Notes: generated by a model from the sequence alone, not told the origin. Positions 1-13,640 are shown, counted from the whole stretch's first letter. The stretch is 64,000 bases of DNA, filler included, from Basidiobolus ranarum (GCA_040143965.1; 15 parts of 15 records of this genome joined end to end with filler, not necessarily neighbours in it); one strand, 5' to 3'. Numbers and translations are program-made.

Positions 1-821
1 AGGCCAATATGCAATGGACTGATATGATGGTATGTGAACCAAACTCTGGTTGACAGGCCACTTACACTAACCTCGATACATGGCCGAACATAGAATCAAC
101 TGATGAGTGAACTTCACGCACTTGGTATCACCGAGACGCAGATGGACTCGGTATGGGCTCAGGTTCCTTTCCACGAAAGTATGATCAAAGCCCTTCATAT
201 CGCCAAAGAGGCAGAGGCAGATATCATGATCATCTCCGATGCGAACACGGTGGCCATTTCCAAAGTTCTGAATCATTATCAAATCAACAACCTATTTACG
301 AAAATTATCACTAATCCTGCCCAATGGAATGCGGATGGTAAACTGGTGATAAATCGTCGCGTACCAAAGGAAGCGCCACATGGTTGTTGTACCTATGCTG
401 AGGGGTATGGTAATACCTGCTGTGTAAACATGTGTAAAGGGCAAGAGATTACTCGTGCGATACAGGAGGGTGGCTATGATCGAGTCATTTACGTGGGTGA
501 TGGGGCCAATGACTTCTGTCCCATCACTAAATTAAGAAGGTAAGTGCTTTTGAAACCTCCAGACTTTCCCAGCTGACCAGTTGAATTCACCTATTTCTTA
601 GAGATGATATTGCCCTGGTACGTCGTAGTCGTGTTCTGAGTAAAATCCTGGAGAACACCAGCTCGCTAGAGCAAATTCAGGCCAACGTCATCTTTTGGTC
701 TGAAGCTACGGAAGTTCTAGGTATGTATCAGAGCCTGTTCCAATTCCCTTGTCAAGAATCCGAATCCACGACCAACTTCATTGCTTCTAATGAAACGTCA
801 ATTCAATTGGCAAGCAATTGA
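1..821 (+). CDS. HAD-superfamily PHOSPHO1/2-type (pyridoxal-phosphate/phosphoethanolamine) phosphatase, 5' truncated
   Basis: Motifs QWTDMM, IISDAN, NMCKG and YVGDGANDFCP. GT-AG introns at 30-93 and 540-601 restore a frame ending at TGA 819-821. Confidence 0.8.
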
Positions 822-1259
822 TTTCCAAAAATCCTTGTGGTACGCATGTAAATTCCCCCTTTTAATGCTCTCTGTCCAAATCATACCTTGGTGCGAAATA
901 AATGATACCAATGAATAAATGTTATCTTGAAGTTTATAATTATCGTTAATTTAAATTTACCTAATAAATTTTAAATGAAATGGCTGAATTACCTTGGATA
1001 AATATCCAGTTTCTAGATAGAATCTACATATATATTTGAAGTACATAGGTATGATGATACCGGAACTTCAAATATATTACAGTTGAAGCATTGAGACATG
1101 CAATCAACACAAAATATTTGGAGTTAAGGATGCTTAATAGTGAATTCTTTTATTTTCGTGTAGTCAACAAATAAGATATTCTATAGGAAATTTCTCAATC
1201 AAAACTCGTCGACAATGAACATGGTATGCTACAATACAAGATCAATGGTTAAGTTTCGT

Positions 1260-4163
1260 TTACTTACTAACTGATTCCGGTTCGGTGGTGATCATCTTCT
1301 TCATTTGTGCACTTAATGCAACACCGGGAACAAAGGCAACATGACTGTCACCACTCATGGATGAACTGAGCTCAGGTCCTTCTTGTGATTCAGGTTTGTC
1401 AGAGATATCGATGTTATTTCTATCGCGGTTAGAATCTAATTGGGAGTATTTGCGAACCATGAGCAATTCTTCCATTAAAGTTTGATATCTAAAGGCAAGA
1501 CGAATATCGGGAACGTTGGTCTTGCGCATATCTAATCAATATTTCATCATCTATTAGTAAAATCCTATTTTTAAGTTTATCCCTAAATGAAGCATACCGT
1601 TTCCTTCGGGTCCTGGGATGTGACAATTTTCACCAACGAAATGTCTCTTAACGGCCAATTCGAAACCACTTTGTAGCACACTGTTGCGAGCCAATTCGCA
1701 CATATCGACATTAGAGAGTTTCCAGATCTACGAAGAAAGTATGGTTGAGATGATTTGGAATTAAAAGTAATTTTTCGATAGTAAAGTTACCTGAGCTGCA
1801 ACACTATATTCCTCAATGAGAGGCTCCTTGGTGAAATGGAATTGGAGAGGATCATCGGTGGAAAGACTGATATTCAGTCCGCGACGGAAAAAGGTAGGGA
1901 ATGGGTTACGCTCGTAGTTCAGGAATAGTGCATTGTTACTCAATGGTGACATAGCAAGACCAATCTGCTTGAGGTAGTATAAGTACTGCAGAGCGGGAAC
2001 CTTACGAAGAAGGATTCCATGATTGATACTCCAAGAGGTCAAATATGCAGAGGCCAAATGGTCAGTATCACCAGCTTCTCCAGAATGAGGACGAAGAACA
2101 AAAGTACCTAAATTGGTGATGGTCAGTAGTTTGTTACGAAATGATCTAAAAATTTGCACTACTTACTGAATCCACGCTCTTTTCTCCAATGATTGAGAGA
2201 AGCCATGTTGGCGAACATATAATACAAATAATAGGTGTATGGTGGATTAAGAGGCATATCCCAAGCCTTGGCTAGAGGGTATTTACGATGAATACGACGT
2301 TCAGTCTTGCTTTCATCGTCAACACTGTCGAAACCAACAACTCTTTGAAGGAATACATGGAGTTCTGGATGAGATGAGGGATCCTTGGTAACTTCGAATA
2401 GAGGTTGGAAAATGTCTAATACGGTGTGGTTAGTAATCATTCAAGAAATGTACAAATAGAGATAGACGTACTGTGCACAATTTGTTCAAAGTTATCAACT
2501 ATGTTGGTACTCTTGTACACATTATACAAACGAGGTACTTGAATGAGCCAGCGAACACTTGGAGACACAAGCTTGTTGTTGATAACCCAACTAGCCAGTT
2601 TGTCCCACTCGGTGACGGATCTAACAAATAGATTTAGCTACAAACTAAGAGTTGCGGTATTATTCAGTGCAGCTAACTAACCTTCCATAGATGGATATTC
2701 TGTACTCAGCTAGTTGATACTTGCTGGATTCCAAATCTCCAATGACCTCTATTTTGTGAATTTCAAAGGGTCAATATTTACTGGCTTCCAAGTTCGTAGA
2801 GCAGTACGTACCTTTAGTAAGATCAGCGAGATAAGAGCCTTCAATCTTGTTGTCAGTCTTCAAGAAAATTTCTCTCAATCTACTCTCTCCAATGGGATTA
2901 TATTTAAGATTAAATTTATCGAACCGATGGAAGGAATCTGTGTGGGCCTATGGAACGAACAATTGTAAGCAATAGTACTGAGTGAAGATCCCCCAAAACT
3001 CCACAATTACTTACATGCATATCCAGGGTATCGATACTCAAATCATAGACAGTAAGCTTCAAACTCTCGAATACTTCAGCCAAAGTAAGATCTTTGTCAT
3101 CACGATGAATGACAACATCCTAATGTGATAATATGGGTTAGGTCATGATCCAGTTATGAAAGCCTCTCGATTTATACATACATCAGGGCTCTTCTTGAGT
3201 TTGGACTTGATGAAACGCAACAGATGCTTCTGATTCATGCATGCTGAATGATGAACGTGAGTATCTACTTTACGAACATTGTAGAAATCTCTGTGGGGGA
3301 CTCTCTAGAAAAGAGGAGCATGTTTAGCTTGATCAGCCCAAGTAGGATACTGGTTGAACTCCATATACCTTAGAATCAGCAATTTCTTGATATTCGTTCA
3401 ACAAAGCATAGAGATCCCATTTACTTTCAAGATAACGAAGACGATCGAAAGCAAATGACTTGGTTTGACCATCAGAAATAACTCCCAAGATGTATTCAAG
3501 ATCCTTGTAGTAATCTCTAATGGAAGGGATATCGTAAGCAGGTTGCTCCTTCTCCAATGCTATAGATACCCGGACGATTAATATAGAGTACAATTATATA
3601 CGATAATAATGAATTTCTATGAACCTTCAGCAGTGCGGTAGACTTGATAGACTCCTCTTTCATCCATTTTGTAAGTATACTATATAGTCGTTAGCATATG
3701 TCCAGCATACACGAATGTCATTGTATGGAAATATTACCTCATGGCTCTCGGGCATTTTGATTTTGTCGAAGAAGAAGTCATAACCAACCTCAAACTCTCC
3801 AGGTTTAGAACCAGGTGGTGGTGGTGGAGGATATATCTCCCAATCAGGGTGGTTTCTAGGGTCATCGGTGGCTCTCTGTAGAGACAGAGCCATATATTTG
3901 TCACGCAAGTCCATGCATTTTTGAATGCTTGTATATATCAACTTCAATTCCTCACTGTAACTCTCGTCTAGAATGAAGAGTTAGCGCATGTTTGAATTAG
4001 TAATACAAGCAATGAGATTCACCTTGAGTTTGCATGGCCTGGTAGGCAGCAACTAAAGCCTGAATCCCTTGTGGTGAACGATTGTCACAAGAAGTTCTAC
4101 GAACAGGAGCTGGCTCTTCTTCAGTGATCTTCACCTGGTGAGCAATGATCTTGGAATCCTCCT
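1260..4163 (-). CDS. AMD1: AMP deaminase, multi-exon, 5' truncated by contig end
   Basis: Exons carry [60 protein letters not shown] and [10 protein letters not shown], separated by short GT-AG introns. Confidence 0.95.
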
Positions 4164-4194
4164 GTTGTCATATAGAGGGTTAAAAAAGTTTCGC

Positions 4195-4294
4195 NNNNNN
4201 NNNNNNNNNNNNNNNNNNNNNNNNNNNNNNNNNNNNNNTTAATTAATTAANNNNNNNNNNNNNNNNNNNNNNNNNNNNNNNNNNNNNNNNNNNN
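4195..4294. other. Artificial contig linker N44-TTAATTAATTAA-N44 (first of 14; others start at 8487, 12779, 17069, 21358, 25644, 29929, 34211, 38492, 42772, 47051, 51329, 55602, 59871)
   Basis: Identical 100-nt cassette with a six-frame stop core. Intervening contig lengths fall steadily. Confidence 0.98.
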
Positions 4295-5394
4295 TTGCTT
4301 TGCTTACTGAGATTAGGTTCTTGTCTATATTTGGTACATAGTGTACAACATCCAATTTTGCAGGTGGTGTTGCTGAATTTCAGTCTAGGTTGAGCACAAC
4401 TGTGCCCTTCCCAACTGCATCTAGTGCGTAGTTATCACCTCAGTGGACTTTCCTTGTTTGAATTGTTTTTGCACTAGGAAACAATCTTTCTTGCTTGACA
4501 TATGCTGGGAGGCTTATGAGTCAATGTACCACACTTCTCAGTCTTTTTAGTGGTTGCTGATAGGGCAGATGCAACTAGATGATCTATATCAGTGCTTACT
4601 TGATTCACTTCTTCCAATTTTAGCTTTTTGGCAAAAATTCTTTTTCTGCAAACTTTGACTAAATAGCCTGGTTTCTTGCAATTCTTGCAGATGTTTGATT
4701 TTCTATTTGGGGCATCATTATCAAAGTCCGTTGGATGTTTTACTGCTCCTAAAAAATGCCTGTTTTGCATTACTTTGCTGGGAATTAGATCTCCTTAATT
4801 CCTCATTCAAAAGCCTAGCACTAACAAATTTTATTGTTCATGGCTCTGATTTTGATTCAAGGGCAATTATGAGGTTCCTAAGCTCATCTGGCAGGCTCTC
4901 AAGTAGTGTCATGACTAAGTCATCTTCATTTAGAGGTGCTTCAATAGATGAGAGCTGATCTGCTATAGTTTTTATCTGATTTAAATGATTAAGCATATAA
5001 TGATCAGAATTCATCTAAATTGAGTATAATATTGGCCTAAGATATAGCCTTTAGCTAGACTTTTAGTCTCCTATAGTTCCTCAAGTGTTTCCCAAGAATT
5101 TTGGAAGTTACTGGCTGATTGTAGGTGCCTCAATTGAGAGTCTGTGAGATATAGACAAAGGGTAGAGAGTGCTTTCCTCTGCTTCTGGTGACACAAAAAA
5201 ATAGCTTCTGGTGTTCCCTTTGGCTCTATTTCTTCTCCTACAACAAATCCGCAAAAGCGTTTGTCTTCTAGCACCATATGCATCTAGAACTTCCAAAGGT
5301 GCAAGTCTTAACCATCAATTTTCTCTGGCTATGCAAAACATTGGTGACAGTACTGGTAGACATTCCTTTAACAGCTAGCTCTGTGTTCATAACC
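4295..5394 (-). mobile_element. Ty1/Copia (family B) degenerate gag-protease with primer binding site
   Basis: Gag start MSTS..FDG..LHLWKF, CCHC-like knuckle CKNCKKPGYLVKVC, and protease remnant. PBS GGTTATGAACAC on the minus strand at 5383-5394. Many stops. Confidence 0.85.
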
Positions 5395-5746
5395 TGATAA
5401 AGGTGATTAGGTGATTTGGAAGTATTTTGGACCAGTTTTGGATTTGTAAATTAGACACTTAAGTTTTATTGAATTGAATATGTCCTATTTATAGTAAACT
5501 ACATAGTAAGACTATGGCACATGCTTGGATCATAACAAACATGCCTGTTAAGCATGGATGAAAATTTGAGCTGAGCTGTAGAAGTCTTGAGGAAATAGTG
5601 AAAATTGGCGAAAGTGATGTAATTGTTTTTTCTGTCAATTAAAGCAATAAAGACACATTTTTGAATGGTAGAGTTGAGTGCTAAATAGTCAGAATATGAG
5701 TATACCAACCACTAATTCATGACTTGCTATTTACCAAATCTCAACA
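5395..5746 (-). repeat. Copia family B LTR (TG...CA) with a PPT on one side and a PBS on the other
   Basis: Aligns by eye to the LTR at 62809-63138 and the partial LTR at 36616. A purine tract (AGTTGAATGGGAA, minus strand) abuts 5746. Confidence 0.8.
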
Positions 5747-8486
5747 TTCCCATTCAACTAATTATTTTGTATTTCTCTCAAACCTGACATATTTCTTAAT
5801 ATTTCAAAGTGTGCTTTGGCTGAAGGTTTGGTTAAGATGTCAGTAGTCATCTCTTCAGTGAGCTAATAGACAAGTTCAATTATATTGTTCTCTATTGCTT
5901 CTCTAACAAAATGATGCGTAATATCTATATGTATTGTTCTAGCATGAAATGTAGGGTTTTTAGTCAAGGAAACACAATTATGCTTGTCTTCAAACACACT
6001 AATAACACACTTTTACATGTATCCTAAGTCTGTAAATAGCTCACTTAGCCACATAGCTTCTTGTGCAGTAGCAGAGGCAGCCATATACTCTACTTTTGTA
6101 GTGGCAAGTCTACCATTGGTTGCTTTTACTAATCCAAGTTATGGCTCCTATGCCATAGAGAAAAGTGAACCAAGTTGTAGAACTTCTATCATTAAGATTG
6201 CTTCCTCAGGCTGCATCACTGTAGCCTTCAAAATTTTGTGCATCAGTAGTGGTGCAGTATTCCAGAACTAGATCTACAGTTCCTCTGAAATACTCAAGTA
6301 TTGGTCTACAGCAGATATGTCCTGAGATCCTGGATTTTTGAGATATTAGCTGACAGTTCCCACTGCCACAGCAATACCTGGACATGATCCAGCCATTATA
6401 TACATTAAACTACCCCACATGGATTGATAAGGGAACTCCTGGCTTTGATTTTTGTCATTTTGGGCTGAATTGGATGAAATTTGGTTTAATTTCACATTGA
6501 GATCCATTGGTATTAATACAGGCTCGCCATTCTCCATGTTGAAGCATTTTAGGAAGTCTGGGATGTGTCCAGACCAATTCACCATGATTTTCAGATTGGG
6601 TTTATCTCTCTTGATTTGGATTGCAAGAAAATAACTTAATTCACCCATATCAGTCATCTGAAATTGCTTTGATGGGCTGCTTTTTTCCTGATGAAGTATT
6701 TCTAGACCATTTGTTGCTATGATTGAGCCATCCCCATATAATTCCAAGACAAGGATCCTACTTCTGGTTGTTTTGATGAAAAAACTGTGATTTGCTGTGC
6801 ATCTTTGGAATTCTAGCAATTCCAAATAGGTATCAATCTTGTTGTACCATGCTCTGGGTGCTTGTTTGAGTCTACATAGCATTTTTTGCAATTTACAGAC
6901 CATAGAAGGGTGTTTTGGGTCAACAAATCCATCTAGTTGCTCCATGTAGATCTCTTCTTCTAAATTTCATTCACAAAGGTGGTTTTTACATCCATTTTAT
7001 TTAAATCAAGGTTATGGATGGCTGAGAGTGCTAGGATTGATCTAATGGAGCTAAACCTAGCTACTGGGGCAAAAGTTTCATTGAGAACAACTCCTGAAGT
7101 TAGGGAATAGCCTTTTGCAACTAATCTTGCTTTATACCTTTTGATGATTCCATTGGCTTGGTTGTTGACTTTGTGACCAATATAGAACCTATTGGCTTTC
7201 TTCCTGCTGGTAAAGGACTTAAAACCAATGTTTTATTGCCTTGAAGTGAAGAAAACACATCAGACAATGCTTTTCCCGTAATGTTCATTCTAGACACTCC
7301 AGAGCTTGATCTAGAGTCTGTGGCTTGTCACAAAATGCTGCATAAGCATATACATCATCATTGGAAGTGTTTCATGATTTTCCTGGCTTATTTCTCTTTC
7401 TAGAAAATATTCTGGGTCCTGAATCATCCTCTATTGTAATTAAGACTTAAATTTGGTTGAATAGGGCTCAGATAGAGCTAGATTGTGTCAGACACTTCCT
7501 GAAAAGTGCTGATTGTATCTCTGGATCAAGAACTGTGATTGCAAGGAACAATTTGCTTTTTAATCTAAAATCACATCTCTGCACTTGATTAGCTAATGAT
7601 ATTTGGTATCCAACAGTCTGTAGGCCTTGGATCCATCACAGAAACCAAGAAATATGCATTTTCTGCTTTTGGGTTCCAATTTAGAGCATTCTTGAGGAGG
7701 TATTAAGCATTTATGCGGTGCTACTAAAGATCATGAGATGATCCACACTTGGTTTTGATCCTTAAAGGCTCTAAAATGGATTAGAATTTTGTAGCAAACT
7801 CATTAGCCATCTGTTTTGATATAGACTGCAGTGGAGCAGAATTAGTACTATATTGTAATCAATCTTTGGATTATCTAACATTAATCTTGCATCTCCACTG
7901 AGGGCCTATTAGCACATTCTGCAACTCCATTTTGCTGTGAAGCCTATGTTAGAGTAGTTTGCTGCTTAATTACATCTTTAGAACAAAAACTAGCAAAGTC
8001 TTTAGAGCAGTATTCCCCACCATCAGCACTCATAGGTACCCCTATTTTCTGTGCTGATTCCTTCTCTACCTTTGCTTTGTAGCACATGAACATAGCTAAG
8101 GCTTCAGAGTTTGACTCAAGAAAGAATATCCAAGTATATTGTGCTTTGTCATCAATAAAGGTCATAAATACCTTTATCAACCTAGTGAGATATTTTTCAT
8201 GGGCCTGCCTAGGTCAGAATGAATCAGGGCAAACATCTGAGGGGATTTAATTTCTCCAGAGCTTGAAAAAGGCTCTCTGTGCTGTTTTCCATATTTGTAA
8301 CCTTCATACAAATTCAATTTGGTGATATTTTCAATTTCTTAGACTCAAATAAGTTTTAATTCTTGAAGTCAGTAGATGATTAAGTCATCCACATGTAGTG
8401 CTAAGATAAGGATCCTATTTCCGGTTGTTTTGATGTAAATACTTTGATCTGCTGTGCATTTTTAGAATTCCAGAGATTCCAAATAG
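5747..8486 (-). mobile_element. Ty1/Copia degenerate integrase-RT-RNaseH
   Basis: FIDDK..YTW integrase core, YKARLVAKGYS, LKQAPRAWY, MTDMGEL and DILTKP RNaseH end. Frameshifts and stops throughout. Confidence 0.9.
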
Positions 8487-8586
8487 NNNNNNNNNNNNNN
8501 NNNNNNNNNNNNNNNNNNNNNNNNNNNNNNTTAATTAATTAANNNNNNNNNNNNNNNNNNNNNNNNNNNNNNNNNNNNNNNNNNNN

Positions 8587-8919
8587 CTATGGGGCTCAAC
8601 AATGACCTTGGCTCCACCTCTAGCACCACCTCTGCCACCACGACCTCCACCGCGGGGACCGCCACGAGGAGCACCACGACCGCCACGACCTCCACCACGA
8701 CCTATACAAAAAACAACAATATTAATATCATTGCTAGAAGGTAAAACACCAGACAAGCTAAAGCAATAGTATAGAGGAAAACTTACCACGATCCCCACCG
8801 AAACCGCCACGACCACCACGGCCACCACCACGGCCTCCGCCACGACCACCGAAGCCGCCACGACCGCCACCGCGACCTCCACGATCACCACCAAATCCAC
8901 CGCGATTACCAAAACCCAT
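8587..8919 (-). CDS. NOP1: Fibrillarin N-terminal GAR (RGG) domain, 3' truncated
   Basis: ATG at 8919, MGFGNRGGFGG..., intron 8702-8786, then RGG repeats ending in the fibrillarin junction GGAKVIVEPH. Confidence 0.9.
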
Positions 8920-9097
8920 GTTTAATATAAAGTATGTATGTTATGAAGAGAACCAAAGAATAGGGAGGTATTCGGGGATTTCAAATACAAAAGGGATCAA
9001 GCTTTCTTGGACGAAATGTCACTATTTGCACTAGCTACCGTTTTCAATCCAAAAAAAAGAAAAAAAATTTTCTTCAACATCATTTTTCAATCATTCA

Positions 9098-9109
9098 TGA
9101 AAAATTTTC
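9098..9109. promoter_or_regulatory. RRPE-like motif TGAAAAATTTTC upstream of fibrillarin
   Basis: Matches the yeast ribosome-biogenesis RRPE consensus about 180 bp upstream of the NOP1 ATG. A second AAAAATTTT lies near 9063. Confidence 0.5.
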
Positions 9110-9792
9110 GATTTTTTTAATCATTGATCAATAATTTTCAATTTTGCAATGGAAAAAAAATTTAAAGGCTGATGCCTTAAAACAAACGTCAAGATGAACA
9201 TCATTTACCAATGGTGTGTGAAAGGAGTATTGGAGCCGGAAAAGGGTTGCTGAAGTCTACCTGAACAAATGGGTTGTCAAGAATTCTATACTAATAGATA
9301 GTACCCACAAAACCGGAAAATTATCGATAAACCGAAAGTGGCTGATTTCCGATGAATAAAAAGAATATTAAACTATCGATGATTAGATAGAATGTAAGAC
9401 ACATAAATCGATGTTACACAATATTAATGGCAATTCCTTATAATTAGCAATTAAATATATGGTACTTTGATATTCTGTAGCTTTTATTGGCTAGGGATAT
9501 CCAACATTAATGTTGATGTCAATGGAATGTGATCGAATGTTTTCTTTTAGTCTGTACAAATTAATGCTGACGATGATACGACGATAAACGTATTAACAAA
9601 CGGTTTGAACTGAATAGAGGATGGAATTAAAAAGGAATAAAAATATTTATTGTAGCATAACCGTATATTTGCTACTAGACCCAGGGAGGAGTAGATTTTT
9701 TTCGGGCATGGGCCTGGGGATAAAACTAGCATTTATTACGTACGAGTTATAATATTCTTTATTTCCACTACCTCAGTGAACTCATAATCAAA

Positions 9793-10532
9793 ATGGCTGA
9801 TACCGAACCCAAGACTGTTGTTGACGAAGTCAAGGTAAACACTAACTGCCTTATTGTCATGTTCTATTTGTAATCCAACTAACCAGTTATCTCTTTACTT
9901 TTCCAGAACGAGGAAGAAGTTGAAAACTCTCCTGATGTTCACTTCGAACCTGTCATCAAGCTTGATGAGGTTGAAGTTAAGACTTTCGAAGAAGATGAAG
10001 AATCTCTTTTCAAGATGTAAGCCTTCAACTTTAATTTGAACCGACTTTTTATCAATTTTCCAAATACTTATCTCTTTTTAATCTTGTCCTTAGGCGCGCC
10101 AAGCTTTTCCGTTTCGATAAAGAATTGAAGGAATGGAAGGAACGTGGTACTGGTGATGTTCGTTTCTTGAAGCACCAAGAAACTGGTAAGATTCGTCTTG
10201 TCATGCGTCGTGATAAAACTCACAAGGTCTGTGCCAACCACTACGTTACCGCTGAGATGGCTCTTACCCCTAACGTTGGTTCTGACCGTTCCTGGGTCTG
10301 GAACACCACCGCTGATATTGCCGATGGTGCTGAACCAACCGCTGAGACTTTGGCTATTCGTTTCGCCAATTCTGAGAACGCTAACCTCTTCAAAGACAAA
10401 TTTGAAGAAGTTCAAAAGATTAACGCTACTCTTTTGAAGGCCGAGTCTGATGCTGAAGATAGTGAAGAAGACAAGGAAGAGGAAGAAGAGAAGAAGGAGG
10501 AAGCTGTAGAGGAAGAGAAGAAGGAAGAATAA
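9793..10532 (+). CDS. YRB1: Ran-binding protein 1 (RanBD)
   Basis: ATG at 9793, introns 9835-9906 and 10017-10093. Motifs [34 protein letters not shown] and an acidic tail. Confidence 0.95.
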
Positions 10533-11227
10533 TTTACTCAACAATTTTCCTTTATTATTTATCACTACAAAATTTCTCTGTATCTTTAATTATCGAGCCT
10601 CTTTTCTATATCACTTGCTGAATGTGTTGTAGTTCCATCTGTTCAGCGTATTTTCTCTATCTAGACATAATGTGAATAAAAAGTTTCTGATAGGAGCCTT
10701 GTCTAATTTTTATTGTGTTTTATTTGTTTTTACCAACTTACAGTAGTAATTCACGAAAGTATTTGTTGTTCATTCGGGATGTAATGATATTTCCGCGTGA
10801 TTGTCTCCGGAATCTTTGAAATATATTTGATTGAGCAATATTTTTGAACCTAGAAATGCATACATATTGGTTTGTCATATTCGCTATTTCTCAGGTCATG
10901 CAACCAACACTCCACAACGGAATGAAATTTTAGTCGTAATTCCAGTGTCAGATGGTTATGTGCTTGTTTTCTAGCTCACCAGGACCTAGTTGCTTGAGTA
11001 CGCAACTACAGTGCTGTTTATATCTATATCTGCTTCATATCCTATTCAAAGTAGCGACATGAATACCTTTCATATATTATGACAACAAATACGCTGGAAA
11101 AGAAAATATATAGTGAATGGTTCTGGTGTTCTTTTAATGAACAGAAGATATTGGTATTATTTGAAGATACATCTATTGATCGAGATAAAAGCAACTAAAA
11201 GCTTCTCTTTCGCTACAACATTAATAC

Positions 11228-11764
11228 TTATTGTTGCAACTTTGCCCACTGAGCAGGAGTGTAGGTTTTCTAAGGAGACGAATATAAGTTTTAGAAAGGT
11301 GGACTGTGTTGATTATTAAAAAATTGACTATTTACTTGAGTAAATGCGTGTACTTGATTGATCTCCTCTTTCACGGCTTCGTTAACCAGTCTATAAAGAA
11401 GTGTTAAGTATATCTATTGAATAGTCCGTATCAAATAACACACTTACCTGTGACGTTGGAGTGGGGGTTTGCCTTCGAATTTGGAAGATACAATGACTAC
11501 TTCAAAGCTTTGTCCACAACCACCTTGAAAAAGTTCAGAGGTAAATTTAGTATTAAGGTATAGAACTTTAAATTAACACTGCTTTCGCTTTACGTACCAG
11601 AGATATCGACAACATCCTGTTTTAGTGAAAAAAAAGTAGTAATCGTCAATCAAATATTTTCTTTAACCAAAAAAAGGAATAATTTCAATGTTTATACATA
11701 CAACATATTCGGCCTCAAGTCGTTCAAGCAAGACTTGTTGAAGTGATTCTTGAGTAATTGACAT
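11228..11764 (-). CDS. BOL2: BolA2/Fra2-type BolA protein, 5 exons, missed by the ORF track
   Basis: Exons 11764-11702, 11616-11598, 11523-11448, 11390-11336 and 11269-11228 give [84 protein letters not shown]. Confidence 0.9.
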
Positions 11765-12250
11765 TATAGCTTACGATGGTTCTAAAATACTGATTAACCT
11801 TGTAAATCCTCTATCATGTTCATGTACTAATGTTTGAATCATGTGATTTAACTCAACTACTGAGATAAATTATTAATGATCTAAGTTGCAAAATTTGAAG
11901 ACTCATATTGTTAGCTTACTAATCCTAATTCCACAACATTTCGAGAGAAATAGAGTATAATTGTTGAAGAGTAAAATCGGTGAACTTTATTTTCAAAACA
12001 CACATGATTGATAGTAAACTAAAACGTAGTGATAATTACTTAAGTTTAGATGGTCATCCATAGCTTCATTACAGATGCTCAATACGCTGGGTTTGTTTCT
12101 TGTGTAATGTAGTTCAGATACTACTTGTGTTCAATACTTTGCTCAGCAAAGATCATTTGGAAGACAGAGAATACCACCGAGGAAAGTTGTATCCCTGAAT
12201 TGGCCGTTCATTTGCGATATGGCTAATACCATTAACAACCGCAAGAATGC

Positions 12251-12778
12251 TCATAGGCTATCCGAACGCTTGATCAGCTTTGTACGTCCACCCAAGTGCG
12301 CCAAGGGTTGGCAAAATTCAAATCTGCTTAGTCGAGGTAATTTTTCTACAACCATCTCAACCTTCGTAACATCTAGGTTCTCGTGGTCTTTAATTACCAG
12401 CTTTGTGATCTTATTTCCATATTGAAAAATCCCCTCCAACAGCGGTGACTGAACGCAGAATCCATACAGCGAAAGGTTCTCCAAACGCGAGAAAAATTCC
12501 TTCGGAGGCATGATATAGGTGGGACGAGTGTCCGGATCAAATGATTCCAAGTTCAACACCTTGAGCTGGCAATAGTGAAAGATAGACTCGAGAGTACGGG
12601 AGGTTAAAACTGGGCACTCTATTTCTAAATATTCCAACGAGCTGGCAACCTTCTCAATCATATAATTTACGCAATGATCGTCCAAATTTGACCCCATCAT
12701 AATTAGATTTTTAAGATGTGAACAAGAGTCACCAACTATTCTCTCGATCCCTTCCGGTAATTGATCATTGATAAGATA
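12251..12778 (-). CDS. Leucine-rich-repeat (RNI-like, possibly F-box/LRR) protein fragment, 5' truncated
   Basis: Repeated LxxLxL units (HLKNLII, SLEYLEIEC, QLKVLNL, RLENLSL, KITKLVI). The 3' end is uncertain. Confidence 0.55.
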   Translation of the reverse strand, partial: YLINDQLPEGIERIVGDSCSHLKNLIMMGSNLDDHCVNYMIEKVASSLEYLEIECPVLTSRTLESIFHYCQLKVLNLESFDPDTRPTYIMPPKEFFSRLENLSLYGFCVQSPLLEGIFQYGNKITKLVIKDHENLDVTKVEMVVEKLPRLSRFEFCQPLAHLGGRTKLIKRSDSL

Positions 12779-13640
12779 NNNNNNNNNNNNNNNNNNNNNN
12801 NNNNNNNNNNNNNNNNNNNNNNTTAATTAATTAANNNNNNNNNNNNNNNNNNNNNNNNNNNNNNNNNNNNNNNNNNNNGAAAAAACCTTATATAGTTTAT
12901 TGAGTATTTTCATTCCAACCAGAAAAATGGCTCAAGTATTATATATACATGTTTTCAACTTCGCAAATAAGAGCACTACCAACGTGGTCGAGTTCCAATT
13001 ATGTAATGTTGTGCAGCATTAAGTTTAAATTATGTAAGAATAACGTGTTACAGAGATTGAATTTAAACATTCTTTGTGCAACTATAATAAGCAAATTCCA
13101 ATAGTAAACCCTTTGCTTTCATGCCCCCAAATCAAGCATATTATAGAATATTCGATGTACCAGTTGAATCGATAAACAAAAAATTCGTGGCTTACCTAAC
13201 AGAACCAACAGAATTAGAGGTTTACTTACTGAGGAATCTGATTGGGATAGGTTGATGGGGCAAATATAGGAGGTTTTTCATTCAGGTTTTGCGCTCATTC
13301 TCTAGCTATGGTATACCCATCATTCCTTTTTAGTATATTCCATGATTCTATACAAGGCTAGTTAGGAAATTCTACATCATGACCTGGATTGTACAAATTC
13401 GTCCAATATCTTGTGTCCATTTTCGATTATCAGAATATGGTAATTTAACCGTATATTTATCAAGATATGGTATTCTGACTATACTATTTAGGTCATCCAA
13501 TTGGAAATGCTATCTGGAACTTGATTCACTACCAGCGTAATCAACAATCCATTGTTTGATGGGTGAGATGAGGGTATATAAGCTCATCAATTCCTCTCGT
13601 AATTGTCATCTCATTTTTCTTCTATTTCTTCATAGCTAAT

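Noticed and set aside
8535-8912. Val/Ala-rich ORF from the track
   Set aside because: Out-of-frame reading of the fibrillarin RGG exon plus its intron.
10068-10565. 165-aa antisense ORF, and similar shadow ORFs over the aquaporin, PRP45 and MFS genes
   Set aside because: Antisense or alternative-frame shadows of well-supported genes.
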